From a virus: a stretch of 64,000 nt of DNA. Positions 20,327 to 30,040 of this stretch are shown here, piece by piece. Numbering within the stretch: position 1 is the first letter of the stretch; each line of letters begins with the position of its first letter. Made by a program: the position numbers and the translations under genes. Where the stretch lies: the IMG/VR virus record IMGVR_UViG_3300045131_002298, positions 38,742 to 102,741 of that record; one strand, 5' to 3'. The notes beneath the pieces are model-generated. The model was not told the origin of the DNA and ran no database searches. It saw only the letters and a list, made by a program, of their open reading frames with translations.

Positions 20327-21466
20327 TTACTCCCCAGTGGCCTTCTGCCAAGGGGCTTCCATGGGTTTTAACCCAACAGCTTGTAACCCCAAGCTGCGTA
20401 TGTTCAATGCAGCATTCTCGTCTCTGTCGAGCGATAGCTCGCAACAAGGGCATTTGTAATGACGGTTCGACAACTTAAGTTTCTGCCGATAACCGCACCT
20501 GGAGCAGGTTTGACTGGTGTAGGCTGGGTTCACTCGAACGAAAGTCCTACCGGCGCATTCTGCCTTGTAGGCCAACATGTTCGAGAAGCTATTCCAAGCC
20601 GCATCTGCTATGCTCTTGTTAAGACAAGTAAAATTGTCCTGCTGCATGTTATTGATGTTCAAATCTTCCACGGCTATACCGCCGAAGTTTTTGACAATTT
20701 TATGAGAAAGCTTGTGAGCGAAATCTTTACGTTTGTTTGCTATGCGTTCGTGAACACGGGCTACCGCTTTGCGTTTGCGCCTACGCTCTCTAGAGTCCCT
20801 CTCGTGTTTAGACATTCCGCGCTGCACTTTACCAAGAGCTTTCTCTTCCGATTTGAAGAACCTTGGGTTAGCTACGTGTGTTCCGTCAGACAGAGTTACA
20901 AAAGAAATGACTCCGGCATCTATACCAACGAAGTTTTCCAACGAGGGCAGTATGCTTTTTTCAATCTCGCACGAAAAAGAAACGAACCATTTACCTGTAG
21001 CGGTCTTCTTAACTGTGCAAGTTTTGATCTTTCCTTCGGTAGGTCGATGAATTACAGCGCGTACTTTACCAATTTTAGAGAGGCCTACGCTCGCCTCGCC
21101 TACTTTAAATCCACTTTGCGGATAAGTAAAAGAAGTATAACGCCCGCGTCCATGAAATCTAGGATATCCTGGCTTTTCGCCGTGTTTCACACGACGAAAA
21201 AAAGCTTGATAAGCAAGTTCTATACGCCTTGCAACGTCCTGGAAAACTTGAGAATACACTGCATTCAAATCTGGTATGCGTTGCTTCAACGCTCTAAATG
21301 TTCCTATCTGGTCGTAAAGAGAAAGTCCTTTCTTTTCAAGTTCCCAGCTTTCTTTGCGCATTTCAAGCAAATGGTTATACATAAGCCTGCATTGCTCAAG
21401 CGTATTTTCAAGCAGCGTGAGCTGTTTCTTTGTGGGGTAGATGCGGTATTGAAAAGTCTTTCTCAT
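20327..21466 (-). CDS. tnpB: RNA-guided endonuclease TnpB
   Basis: MRKTFQYRIYP HTH, GIDAG (RuvC-I), VEDL (RuvC-II), CSRC/CPCC zinc finger, DRDENAA (RuvC-III). Confidence 0.95.
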   Translation of the reverse strand: MRKTFQYRIYPTKKQLTLLENTLEQCRLMYNHLLEMRKESWELEKKGLSLYDQIGTFRALKQRIPDLNAVYSQVFQDVARRIELAYQAFFRRVKHGEKPGYPRFHGRGRYTSFTYPQSGFKVGEASVGLSKIGKVRAVIHRPTEGKIKTCTVKKTATGKWFVSFSCEIEKSILPSLENFVGIDAGVISFVTLSDGTHVANPRFFKSEEKALGKVQRGMSKHERDSRERRRKRKAVARVHERIANKRKDFAHKLSHKIVKNFGGIAVEDLNINNMQQDNFTCLNKSIADAAWNSFSNMLAYKAECAGRTFVRVNPAYTSQTCSRCGYRQKLKLSNRHYKCPCCELSLDRDENAALNIRSLGLQAVGLKPMEAPWQKATGE

Positions 21467-21524
21467 GTTTTTTATTATAAGGCTACACCTATACAAAAGT
21501 CAATAAAAATCTTTCACAAAATGC

Positions 21525-21553
21525 TTGACAAGAAAGGAAAATTATGTTACAAT
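21525..21553 (+). promoter_or_regulatory. outward-facing sigma70 promoter carried by the TnpB element
   Basis: TTGACA-N17-TACAAT with TG; homologous promoter at 52692. Confidence 0.7.
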
Positions 21554-21614
21554 TAGAAAATAAAAAACCACATCTAAACGTGGATGTATTAAACCGCAAA
21601 AAGGAGAAATAAAA

Positions 21615-22403
21615 ATGCCAAAGACTACATTGATTGAGAGAAGCAGTAATGAAGTATCTTCAATAATAGCTAATTCCGCTGCTATTAGACAGGAAACATT
21701 GCAGGCTAGAGATATGGTAGAAATAGGTTATATGAAACTAGCTAAATGTTTATATGATATTTATACTCAAAACATTTACCAAACTTGGGATTTCCCTAAT
21801 TTTGAAAACTACGTAGACTCAGAACTTCAGTTCAACTATCGTAAAGCTATGTATCTTGTGGAAATCTATAACAAAGCCCTCCTACTTAATATGGATATGG
21901 AAAGGCTGGAACGTATAGGATGGACTAAAGCTAAAGAATTAATTAGAGTAGTTGACCAGAATAACGCTGATGAGTGGATGGATGTGGCGGAGAAGTCTAC
22001 AACTAAAGAACTTAATTTTAAAATTAAGACGGAGAAAGAATCTCAACTAGACCACACTTCTATAGTAGAGGAAGTCCCTACTGTAACAACTATTACTTTT
22101 AAACTAGGCATGGCTGAGAAAACACTAGTTAGTGAAGCACTGGAAGAGAGTGCACGGCTTATTAATTCTGATGATTTTGCTCTAGCTCTGGCTAATATCG
22201 CTTCTGAGTGGTTAGAAATGAAAGGAGTAGTTCCTCTACAGACAACACTAGAAGACCATATAGAGCATCTAGAACGTATCTACGGAAGGAAGTTGATAGT
22301 ATCCGGGCCTATCATTGTTGAAGACGAGAACGACGAGGAGGACGATGAAGAACCCGTAACTAAGAGTAAAGAAGATACCGATGAGTTTGAGGAACTTTTT
22401 TGA
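21615..22403 (+). CDS. hypothetical protein with acidic tail
   Basis: Strong AAGGAG RBS; helical protein. Confidence 0.7.
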   Translation: MPKTTLIERSSNEVSSIIANSAAIRQETLQARDMVEIGYMKLAKCLYDIYTQNIYQTWDFPNFENYVDSELQFNYRKAMYLVEIYNKALLLNMDMERLERIGWTKAKELIRVVDQNNADEWMDVAEKSTTKELNFKIKTEKESQLDHTSIVEEVPTVTTITFKLGMAEKTLVSEALEESARLINSDDFALALANIASEWLEMKGVVPLQTTLEDHIEHLERIYGRKLIVSGPIIVEDENDEEDDEEPVTKSKEDTDEFEELF

Positions 22404-23185
22404 TCTTCACTCGAGTACCAGAAGAGTTAGGTGTATATAAATCAATACTTTATATTAGTGTATGCAGAGGAGATTTGTCCTCTGCATACCTAGCTTATAA
22501 ATATATTTCTCTTTATAATAACTCTTATAATATTTTTTCCTCCCTACTGTGGAAGGCAGCTGCCTTCCACTTTTCCGCTCTTCCTTCTGAAATAATTCAT
22601 TTAGAAGAAAATAGTATATGGAAGGTTATCTCGGGGATGTGTAATTCTTGTTTAGATAAGAGAGCGCTTTCTTTATTCTTAATGCTTTCTAATCAAGGTA
22701 ACACTAAAAGTGTAAGATTATTTAAAAAGTGGTTAGAGACTAATAGAGAAATTGCTCAAAATTTTAGTTCAGTAGAAGATAGAACTATACATTCAGCTAT
22801 CACATATTTACAGGCGGATGAGCTAGATATTTCAGAAGATTATTTTTCCTATAATGCCTCAACAGAGAATAATCCCGCGCTTCCTACTAAAATAAATCCC
22901 ATGTACCTCTTGGGAAAAGATTCATGGTTTTACAAATATATTGACAATTCTTTAGGAATTATTTATAATTCAAGTAACATATCAAATATAATTTATTTGT
23001 TTGAAATAAATAAAATAGTAAGAAAAATGGAACATGAAAACTACTGGGAAGATGCAAAATTATCAGTGCTTGGGGCACAAAATGAATACATAGAAGAACT
23101 TTGGGTTGAAACATTACAGCCTTATACTGAGGCTTTATTAAAAGATATATCGGAAATAAGGATGCCCTATGGCAAAAACCCCTAA
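22400..23185 (+). CDS. hypothetical protein
   Basis: Operon-coupled ORF. Confidence 0.55.
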   Translation: MIFTRVPEELGVYKSILYISVCRGDLSSAYLAYKYISLYNNSYNIFSSLLWKAAAFHFSALPSEIIHLEENSIWKVISGMCNSCLDKRALSLFLMLSNQGNTKSVRLFKKWLETNREIAQNFSSVEDRTIHSAITYLQADELDISEDYFSYNASTENNPALPTKINPMYLLGKDSWFYKYIDNSLGIIYNSSNISNIIYLFEINKIVRKMEHENYWEDAKLSVLGAQNEYIEELWVETLQPYTEALLKDISEIRMPYGKNP

Positions 23186-23489
23186 GCCGGATTATAAATA
23201 TAAGCATATTAAAACACAGAATCCGGAAGATTGGTTAAAACAAGTAGATACTGATGGAGAATTAGTATATTGTAAAAAAAGATCAGCACGTATGCATACT
23301 CGTTTCTGCGATATTCTAAGAAAGGCAATACCTATTGCTCCTGAAAGTGGCTATATAGATAAAGGGCTAAAAGCTGTAAATATTTGTAATGACTGTGAAG
23401 TTACGCGAAATAAATTATCTGTAAGGCGTTTCATAGAATATCAGACTCAGATTAAAAAAGATGAAAAAACTAACGGAGACAATATATAA
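23169..23489 (+). CDS. hypothetical Cys-containing protein
   Basis: Operon-coupled ORF. Confidence 0.55.
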   Translation: MAKTPKPDYKYKHIKTQNPEDWLKQVDTDGELVYCKKRSARMHTRFCDILRKAIPIAPESGYIDKGLKAVNICNDCEVTRNKLSVRRFIEYQTQIKKDEKTNGDNI

Positions 23490-24370
23490 TGCAAGAGATT
23501 AGTAAGATAATACTATACGATGGAAGAGAGATAAATCATGGGGAGTGTATTAATATTCCTATGGATAGGGTGGAGCCTAACATGTTCAACCCTAATGAAA
23601 TGGATGATCTATCTTTCACTCTACTTGAAAATAATGTTGATTCTATAGGCTTTGTTGATCCTATAGTTGTAGTTCCTACTGAAGATGGAAGATTTATTAT
23701 TGCAGACGGTGAGCACAGATGGGAGCAACGTCGTATATCAGGGGAAAAAGAAATACCATGCATCGTAGTGTCTCCTGAAATATTTGATGAAAAAATGCTC
23801 ATGCTTCAAACAGTTAAATTAAATAAAATTAGAGGTTCTCTCAACGCAGAAAAGTTTAATGCACTCATAGACCAGCTTGTAAATAAACATGATATTCCTT
23901 TTGAAGATTTAGCAGAGGAACTTGGTTTTGCAGATGAAGATGAATTCGACGCTCTAGTAAAACAAGGAAGAGCGCAGCTGCCCAAAGAGGCACGTAAGGA
24001 ATATGATAAAGCAGTTAAGAATGTGCAGGGAAGTGTGAGTCAGTTGGCTAAGATTATTGAGAAGCTATGGCTCAAGTACTCCAATACAGTTCCTGCAAAC
24101 TTCTTTATTCTTGATTACGGGAGCCAGCGGCACTTGTGGGTAACTATGGATAAAGAATATCTTGCGTTAACCACGGATAAATTTAGAGACATTTTTGCAT
24201 CCGGGTATAAAGTTAGTTCAGTGCTACAACACATGCTAGCAGATCTGGATGTCATTTCTTATATAGAGGAGCACATAACTACGCTCGAGAAAATAGATGA
24301 TGGAGAGCAGGATCTTGACAGTCTTTTAGATCTTCCTTCTGCAAATCCAGTAGAGGAACTTTCTGAGTAA
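23489..24370 (+). CDS. ParB/Srx N-terminal-domain protein
   Basis: PN.FNPNEM...L..N....GFVDPIVV...IIADGEHRW...IPC; followed by an HTH-like LAEELGF segment. Confidence 0.85.
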   Translation: MQEISKIILYDGREINHGECINIPMDRVEPNMFNPNEMDDLSFTLLENNVDSIGFVDPIVVVPTEDGRFIIADGEHRWEQRRISGEKEIPCIVVSPEIFDEKMLMLQTVKLNKIRGSLNAEKFNALIDQLVNKHDIPFEDLAEELGFADEDEFDALVKQGRAQLPKEARKEYDKAVKNVQGSVSQLAKIIEKLWLKYSNTVPANFFILDYGSQRHLWVTMDKEYLALTTDKFRDIFASGYKVSSVLQHMLADLDVISYIEEHITTLEKIDDGEQDLDSLLDLPSANPVEELSE

Positions 24371-24374
24371 TATT

Positions 24375-25076
24375 ATGGCTGAAGATAAATTTCTTATAGC
24401 AAAAATAAAAGAAGCAGTGCCTACTAATAGCTGGCTATCTATATTAGATGATAAGCAGTTGGTAAAGCTTCATGAAATGTTAAAAAGAGGTGTTACTAAT
24501 AGTGAGATAATTAGAACCTGCCAGACTATTTTTAATGTAAAGAAGAAAGCTACTCTTCAGGATTTGTTGCCTGATCTGGTCAGGTTTAGAACGAAAGTTC
24601 TAGATGATAAAGCTTTAATGGTCCTTGAGGAAGCGCAGAAGAATAAAGTTGCATCTCAATTAGCAACTAAACTGCGAGGACTTACCTCGAAAGTAGATGC
24701 CTTCGGTAGGCTCAGTTGGTTAGTAGATCAACAGACACAGCGTGTCCTAAAACTCATGGACATAGAAGCTAAAACTCTACCTATGGATAAGACCACCGAT
24801 AATATTGCTATATTAGATAAAATGCTGCACAGCTTACTAAAAGCACAACAAGAACTAAAGCTAGATGATAGTAATGTGATAACTGCCGAAACCACTGAAA
24901 AATTAAAGGGATTGGTAGAAGGCTTCAAAGATGATGGGGAGACCATGATTCAGGCTACCCATAAATTACTATCCCTAGCAGAAGAACGTTCCTTAATATT
25001 AAAGTTAGACGAGGACGGCAGTTATTCTATAACTACCAAAGAGGAAGAAAAAGAAGTAATTGAAGTTACTTCTTAA
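24375..25076 (+). CDS. putative terminase small subunit
   Basis: Helical protein with an HTH-like N-terminus immediately upstream of the large terminase. Positional inference. Confidence 0.45.
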   Translation: MAEDKFLIAKIKEAVPTNSWLSILDDKQLVKLHEMLKRGVTNSEIIRTCQTIFNVKKKATLQDLLPDLVRFRTKVLDDKALMVLEEAQKNKVASQLATKLRGLTSKVDAFGRLSWLVDQQTQRVLKLMDIEAKTLPMDKTTDNIAILDKMLHSLLKAQQELKLDDSNVITAETTEKLKGLVEGFKDDGETMIQATHKLLSLAEERSLILKLDEDGSYSITTKEEEKEVIEVTS

Positions 25077-25082
25077 ATATTC

Positions 25083-28000
25083 ATGGCACTAGAAAATTTA
25101 CAGGTAATTCCTCTTAATACGGCATTTGAATTAGTATTTGATGTATTAAGGGAAAATAAGCTCTCTACTAGAGACGAGTCTATGTTAGAGGCGCTGGTAT
25201 TAGCTTGTCCTCAGATCTCTGATGGTGCAGATGCTTATATTTTAAAAGATGATCTTAATAACTTCTGTAGAAATTTTATACAAGCTCTCAAGGAAAACGA
25301 TGGTTCCTTTCTGTATAAAGAAAAGGGGTATAAAGGTAGACTAGTAGATATCGAGGAGTTTTTAGAGAGTAAGGAGTATATGGACCAAAAAGGTTCAGTA
25401 CGCCCGGTGGTAAAGTATGAACTACAAAACATAATAGAACGATTAGACAATACTAGAGAAGTAGTACTTACAGGGGCAACAGGTTGGGGGAAATCCTATT
25501 TATCTCGGGCACTTATAGAGTATATGTTATACAAATTAAGCATGCTTCACAATCCTCAATATCAATATGGGTTGGCTCCTGGTTCCTCTATTGTTATGAT
25601 TCTACAGTCATTATCTCTTCGTCTTAGTAAAAAGATTTTATTTGATCCGCTGCTATCTGCCTTTTCTGCTAGTCCGTATTTTACAAAGAATTTTTCTTTT
25701 AATAAACATGTTACCTCTGAGTTACAATTTCCTAAGAATATTTACATTCTTCCAGTATCTGGCAGTGAAATGGCTACTCTAGGGCTAGATGTTTATGCTG
25801 GATGTTTTTTACCAGAACAAGAATACGTAACAACGGAGGGGGCTTTTGATAGCTTAATATCAGACGTAGAAAATAAGAATCCTAAAATATTTGAAAGTAA
25901 TGCTCTAGTTCAAGGGAACAAAACAATAACACAATTTACAGGATGGAAACCTATAATTAAACTAACTTTTGATAATGGAGAAACTTTAATATGCACTCCA
26001 GATCAATATCTTCTAGGGGAAGGGCAGGAATATGTTAAAGCCGGAGAAGCAGAGGGAAAACGAATCCTATTTTCTAACATGTCAACTATGCGGAAGGAAG
26101 GTCATATATCTAACTACACATTTAAAGCAAGTTCACAACATGACTTCCTCAACTTACCTGGAACTGTTTCCGGGCTCTTACTTGCACGGGAAACCTATAT
26201 CGCATCGGCGCAAAACAGAATACAAAATAACATGTCAACTATGTGGGCAAGAGTTTGGGATGATTTCCTCTACTCACTTGTTAAAGAAACACAATATGAC
26301 CCCACTAGAATATCGAGAGAAATACGGTCCTCTGAAATCAGAAGAAGCTATAATGAAGACAAAAGAGTGGGCGAAAAAGAATATACAGAAACAGAAAAAA
26401 AATTCTCCAGACTTTGTTGCAAAGTCAATGATAGGAATAGAGAAACGTTTACACCTTGCCCACGAAGCAACTCGGTTAAAATTCTCCGATCCCAAAGAGA
26501 GACAGAAACATGGCGACAAAGCTTTAAAAAGATGGGAGGAATTGGCTTTAGAGGAAAAGAACAAGCGAGCTGCACAGGGAAGAAAACAATTACTTATAAA
26601 TCACATAGAAAATCCCAAATACATGTATACTCGCAGAAGAGGAGATATAATATCTCCACGTTCTCGTTTCGAAATAGCCGTTGCAGTATGGTTAGATCTG
26701 CTAGATGTTCCGTGGGAATACGAAAGTGTAGTGTTTCCTATGGAAATAGAAGGAGAATTTCACGTATACACCCCAGATTTTATTTTGCCTTTTTCTCTTA
26801 TAGAAGTAAAATCCGTCTGGAAAGATATGCATACAAAACAATGGCCTCTTATACAAGATATCTTTTCTCCTTTAGTCATACAGGCTACCTCGAAGGAAAT
26901 GAAAAAGATAGGAATGCAGAAATTTTACAACTATATAAACAGAAACAAAATAAATCAAGTAAACTTTCAGGAGATAGCTCCTTATTTAACTCTAAACGCT
27001 GTATACGGGTGGAAAATTTAAATGTAATTATGCCCGTGTATGACTTACATAATGTAGGAGGGTCCCATTTTTTTATTGCACGTACAGAAAACGGGTTTAT
27101 CCCTGTAAAAAATTGTATGTCAGAGCTTAATTATTTTTCTGTAGTTGAAAACAGCAAACAGTTAACTATGAGAGGGCAGGAAGACACAACCTACGATCAA
27201 GCATCTAATGCTTACACTAACTTAATCCAGAGACTTAAAAGTAGGTTCCAGACCTATGGTAAAATACCAGGATGTCTTATTTTAGATTCTGCTGTTCATT
27301 ACCCTGGAGATTTTCTTTCTAAGAAAATAGAAGAGGCTAAGTGGGATAATCAGATATATGTAGTAAAACATGCAATATGGGACACCTTATCACAAGATAG
27401 ATTTTCTGGCAAGCGATTCATTGTAGAAATAGGAACACTAGATCGAAGCTCTAGAATTATAGAATCTAAAAAATTTGCTTTACCTGAAGCCGACTTATTG
27501 GAAGTTCCAGAGGAATATAGATCTGACTTTGAAAGAGACATAGAAACTGCACTTAGAGACTTCGCGGGATTAGCTACGGGTCATAGGCGCGCCTTTATGC
27601 CTTTTAAAGAAAGTGTAACAGATGCGTATACTGTATATGAAGCTTACTATAACGGACATACCTTATTTAAAGAAGAGTCTATTGTAGTAAACGATTATTT
27701 TGTAGGCCCGTGGGAGTGGGATCTGCTTATAGATAAAGAGTATATGAAGCAAATAGCCTTTGATAAAAACGCTTCTTTTTGCATGCATGTAGACTTAGGA
27801 GTGAGTAAAGACAGAGTAGGACTGGCTATAGGTCATATACAAGAATATAAAAGCCTTCCTTCTACTTCTTTCTACTCAAAGGAACGTAACGACTTTACAG
27901 AAGTATTAGATATGGATGCTCCTGTTATATGTATAGATGGAATTATACAGATTCGGCCTCCTCAAGGAGGAGAAGTAGACTTTGATATGCTCCGGGGCTT

Positions 28001-28406
28001 CATGTTTTATTTATGCGATCTTTTGAATATGAAGATAGTTACTATGGATACCTACCAAAACGTATCTTTTATCCAGGGACTCAGGAAACTTAAAGTAAGA
28101 AGTGGTCCACTTTCTACAGTTACTACTCCTGTTCCTTATATGGAAGCAAAAAGTGCTTATATAGAAGGAAGACTAATGCATCCTAAGAATGAAGTATATA
28201 TAGACGAGTTGCTTCATTTAGAATATGATCCAAAAAAACAAAAGGTGGACCATATTCCCAATAGGCATAATGACACCTGTGATGCTGTAGTGGGAGTGAT
28301 ACATATACTTACACATAAGGTTGCTTCTTACAAAAGAAGCAGAAGAGACGCTAAGGTTACTGACAAGGTGCCTGCACATAGGCAAATAGTTATTAACAAA
28401 CTTTAA
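25083..28406 (+). CDS. terL: terminase large subunit, intein-containing
   Basis: Walker A GATGWGKS; nuclease domain HVDLG..KD, D...DTCDAV; intein at the Walker-B position. Confidence 0.88.
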   Translation: MALENLQVIPLNTAFELVFDVLRENKLSTRDESMLEALVLACPQISDGADAYILKDDLNNFCRNFIQALKENDGSFLYKEKGYKGRLVDIEEFLESKEYMDQKGSVRPVVKYELQNIIERLDNTREVVLTGATGWGKSYLSRALIEYMLYKLSMLHNPQYQYGLAPGSSIVMILQSLSLRLSKKILFDPLLSAFSASPYFTKNFSFNKHVTSELQFPKNIYILPVSGSEMATLGLDVYAGCFLPEQEYVTTEGAFDSLISDVENKNPKIFESNALVQGNKTITQFTGWKPIIKLTFDNGETLICTPDQYLLGEGQEYVKAGEAEGKRILFSNMSTMRKEGHISNYTFKASSQHDFLNLPGTVSGLLLARETYIASAQNRIQNNMSTMWARVWDDFLYSLVKETQYDPTRISREIRSSEIRRSYNEDKRVGEKEYTETEKKFSRLCCKVNDRNRETFTPCPRSNSVKILRSQRETETWRQSFKKMGGIGFRGKEQASCTGKKTITYKSHRKSQIHVYSQKRRYNISTFSFRNSRCSMVRSARCSVGIRKCSVSYGNRRRISRIHPRFYFAFFSYRSKIRLERYAYKTMASYTRYLFSFSHTGYLEGNEKDRNAEILQLYKQKQNKSSKLSGDSSLFNSKRCIRVENLNVIMPVYDLHNVGGSHFFIARTENGFIPVKNCMSELNYFSVVENSKQLTMRGQEDTTYDQASNAYTNLIQRLKSRFQTYGKIPGCLILDSAVHYPGDFLSKKIEEAKWDNQIYVVKHAIWDTLSQDRFSGKRFIVEIGTLDRSSRIIESKKFALPEADLLEVPEEYRSDFERDIETALRDFAGLATGHRRAFMPFKESVTDAYTVYEAYYNGHTLFKEESIVVNDYFVGPWEWDLLIDKEYMKQIAFDKNASFCMHVDLGVSKDRVGLAIGHIQEYKSLPSTSFYSKERNDFTEVLDMDAPVICIDGIIQIRPPQGGEVDFDMLRGFMFYLCDLLNMKIVTMDTYQNVSFIQGLRKLKVRSGPLSTVTTPVPYMEAKSAYIEGRLMHPKNEVYIDELLHLEYDPKKQKVDHIPNRHNDTCDAVVGVIHILTHKVASYKRSRRDAKVTDKVPAHRQIVINKL
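25803..27113 (+). mobile_element. intein in terminase (YAG|CFLPEQ...PVYDL...IPVKN|CMSEL)
   Basis: Cys1; block B-like LICTPDQ; block F VYDL; terminal Asn followed by Cys+1. Confidence 0.8.
26032..27021 (+). CDS. homing endonuclease (2 Zn fingers + PD-(D/E)XK) nested in the +1 frame of the intein
   Basis: CQLC...HL..H.MT...Y twice; SRFE...WEYE...YTPDF...IEVK; own purine-rich RBS (GGAAGGGCAGGA). Confidence 0.8.
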   Translation: MLKPEKQRENESYFLTCQLCGRKVIYLTTHLKQVHNMTSSTYLELFPGSYLHGKPISHRRKTEYKITCQLCGQEFGMISSTHLLKKHNMTPLEYREKYGPLKSEEAIMKTKEWAKKNIQKQKKNSPDFVAKSMIGIEKRLHLAHEATRLKFSDPKERQKHGDKALKRWEELALEEKNKRAAQGRKQLLINHIENPKYMYTRRRGDIISPRSRFEIAVAVWLDLLDVPWEYESVVFPMEIEGEFHVYTPDFILPFSLIEVKSVWKDMHTKQWPLIQDIFSPLVIQATSKEMKKIGMQKFYNYINRNKINQVNFQEIAPYLTLNAVYGWKI

Positions 28407-28421
28407 ATTAAGGAGACAAAA

Positions 28422-28899
28422 ATGGAAAATGTACAAGACAGATTAGAAATTAAAAATAGAGTTTTGGCCCTTAAACAAAAAATAGAAACTTTACCTTCTT
28501 CTCTTGCAGAAGAATTAAAATTGGAGTATGCTTTAATTGAAGACTATATGAGAGATAAATTTTTTCGCTCCAATTTTAGAGCTAGGAAAGTGGAAGGTAA
28601 AAAAATAGGAGGGACCTACCTTGTTGATTAGCAGAGAAGACAGGTGGGCCTCTGTTCTTGAGAATTTGCGTACAGGCGTAGATAGAGGAATAGAATACCC
28701 TAAGAACAGACTTAAACATGTACCGGTTACTATATTAGGAAGAAAAATGGGAATGAAAGAAGCCGCGTGTATTACTGGCCTTCAGACTAAATTTTTTAGT
28801 CAGTATAAGGGACAGGAAGTTCCAGTAGAAGACATAATTACTCAATTAGAAAACAAATGGATGAAAGAAAAAACTAAAATGTTGAGGGCGGGTTTATAG
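28422..28899 (+). other. two small hypothetical genes (28422..28631, 28621..28899)
   Basis: RBS-bearing, coupled ORFs. Confidence 0.55.
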
Positions 28900-28900
28900 G

Positions 28901-29587
28901 ATGAGTATATTATCAAAAGCTATAAGGCGCGCCCTTGCAGGTAAAGACCCAGAGGGAGATATAAAAATAGGTGACATTTTTGGAGATTTAGAGGTTTTAG
29001 GTATAGGGGAGAAAAAAGGCACTAGTCGTCACATTCATTATGTGTGTTTATGTAGGGCCTGCGGAAAAGAAGTTACCATTCCCTCCTATAGATTAAAATC
29101 TGGAGCATCTAAGAGTTGTGGTTGTTCTAGAACCAAACACGGGCATACTAGTAGAATATTTAAAGGCGGAACGCACCCTTACCGCGTGCATGTAGAAATG
29201 CTGAGGCGCTGTAACGACAGCACCCACAGGGGGTTCGAGCGTTACGGGGCTCGCGGTATAAAAGTATGCGATAGGTGGAGCGGAGAAAATGGTTTTGAGA
29301 ATTTCTTTGAGGACATGGGCCCTGCGCCAGAGGGGTACCAACTTGACCGCATTGATGGTACTAAAGGGTATAGCCCGGAAAACTGCAAATGGTCTTCCAT
29401 TTTTGAGCAGAACCGCAACAGGAGGGACAATGTTTGGATAGAATACAACGGAGAGAAGTTAATTCTTCATGATTGGGGAGAAAAATGGGGAGTGTCTGGA
29501 AGTTTTATACAACGTCGTTTAAAAAAGGGCCTTTCTATGCGAGAAATAGAGGAAATTTGTGAATTAAAAAGGAATTTGGGAAAATGA
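28901..29587 (+). CDS. HNH homing endonuclease
   Basis: FGDLEV...CLC..CG, SCGC, RC...YGARGI.VC.RW, LDRID...YSPENCKW. Confidence 0.85.
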   Translation: MSILSKAIRRALAGKDPEGDIKIGDIFGDLEVLGIGEKKGTSRHIHYVCLCRACGKEVTIPSYRLKSGASKSCGCSRTKHGHTSRIFKGGTHPYRVHVEMLRRCNDSTHRGFERYGARGIKVCDRWSGENGFENFFEDMGPAPEGYQLDRIDGTKGYSPENCKWSSIFEQNRNRRDNVWIEYNGEKLILHDWGEKWGVSGSFIQRRLKKGLSMREIEEICELKRNLGK

Positions 29588-30040
29588 AAGTGTTATATGT
29601 TGTGACTTATGCGATCTCGGAATTCTCTGTTAAAAGCGGAATACTGGGGATATTTACAAGTCTGTATGCTGCAAATAAATATAAAAATAATGCTGAAATA
29701 GCGCTAAAAAATTCTGGACTTGCAGGCACTATTGATGTAGAGTCTAGCATAGTGGGAGACTCAAAAGATCCAGACGTTTTTTTTCGGGAGTTTTAATATG
29801 GCGAAAAAGTCACAAATAGAAAAAGAGAAAAAAGCATCTCTGCTTTGTTACATTAGCGATAAGCATCACACTTGTTTAGATAAAGTATACACTGGTAAGA
29901 TCCCAAAGAAGGATAACCCTAACGAAAATTATATTGTTAAAAAAGGTGTTGTAAAAGGAAGCATGTTTTGGTATGATGAGCCCATTATCTTCTCGGGGGG
30001 AGAAGAGGCGAGATACTGGCCTATAGGAGAAATAAAGTGA
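29584..30040 (+). other. two small hypothetical genes (29584..29796, 29798..30040)
   Basis: Coupled ORFs. Confidence 0.5.

Larger units (their letters stand above)
20323..21566 (-). mobile_element. TnpB-only IS200/IS605-family (IS1341-like) element, copy 1
   Basis: Right end GAAGCCCC...GGGGAGTAATCAC; homology with copy 2 extends about 100 bp upstream of tnpB; no tnpA. Left boundary approximate. Confidence 0.75.

Noticed and set aside
20459-21556. 365-aa plus-strand ORF (and 51627..51983, 52044..52664) antisense to tnpB
   Set aside because: Shadow frames of tnpB: no RBS or motifs, and broken in the second copy.
25803-27113. Group I intron as explanation of the nested endonuclease
   Set aside because: No recognisable intron core flanks the nested ORF. 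The flanks encode intein blocks A, B, F and G, and the host frame is uninterrupted.
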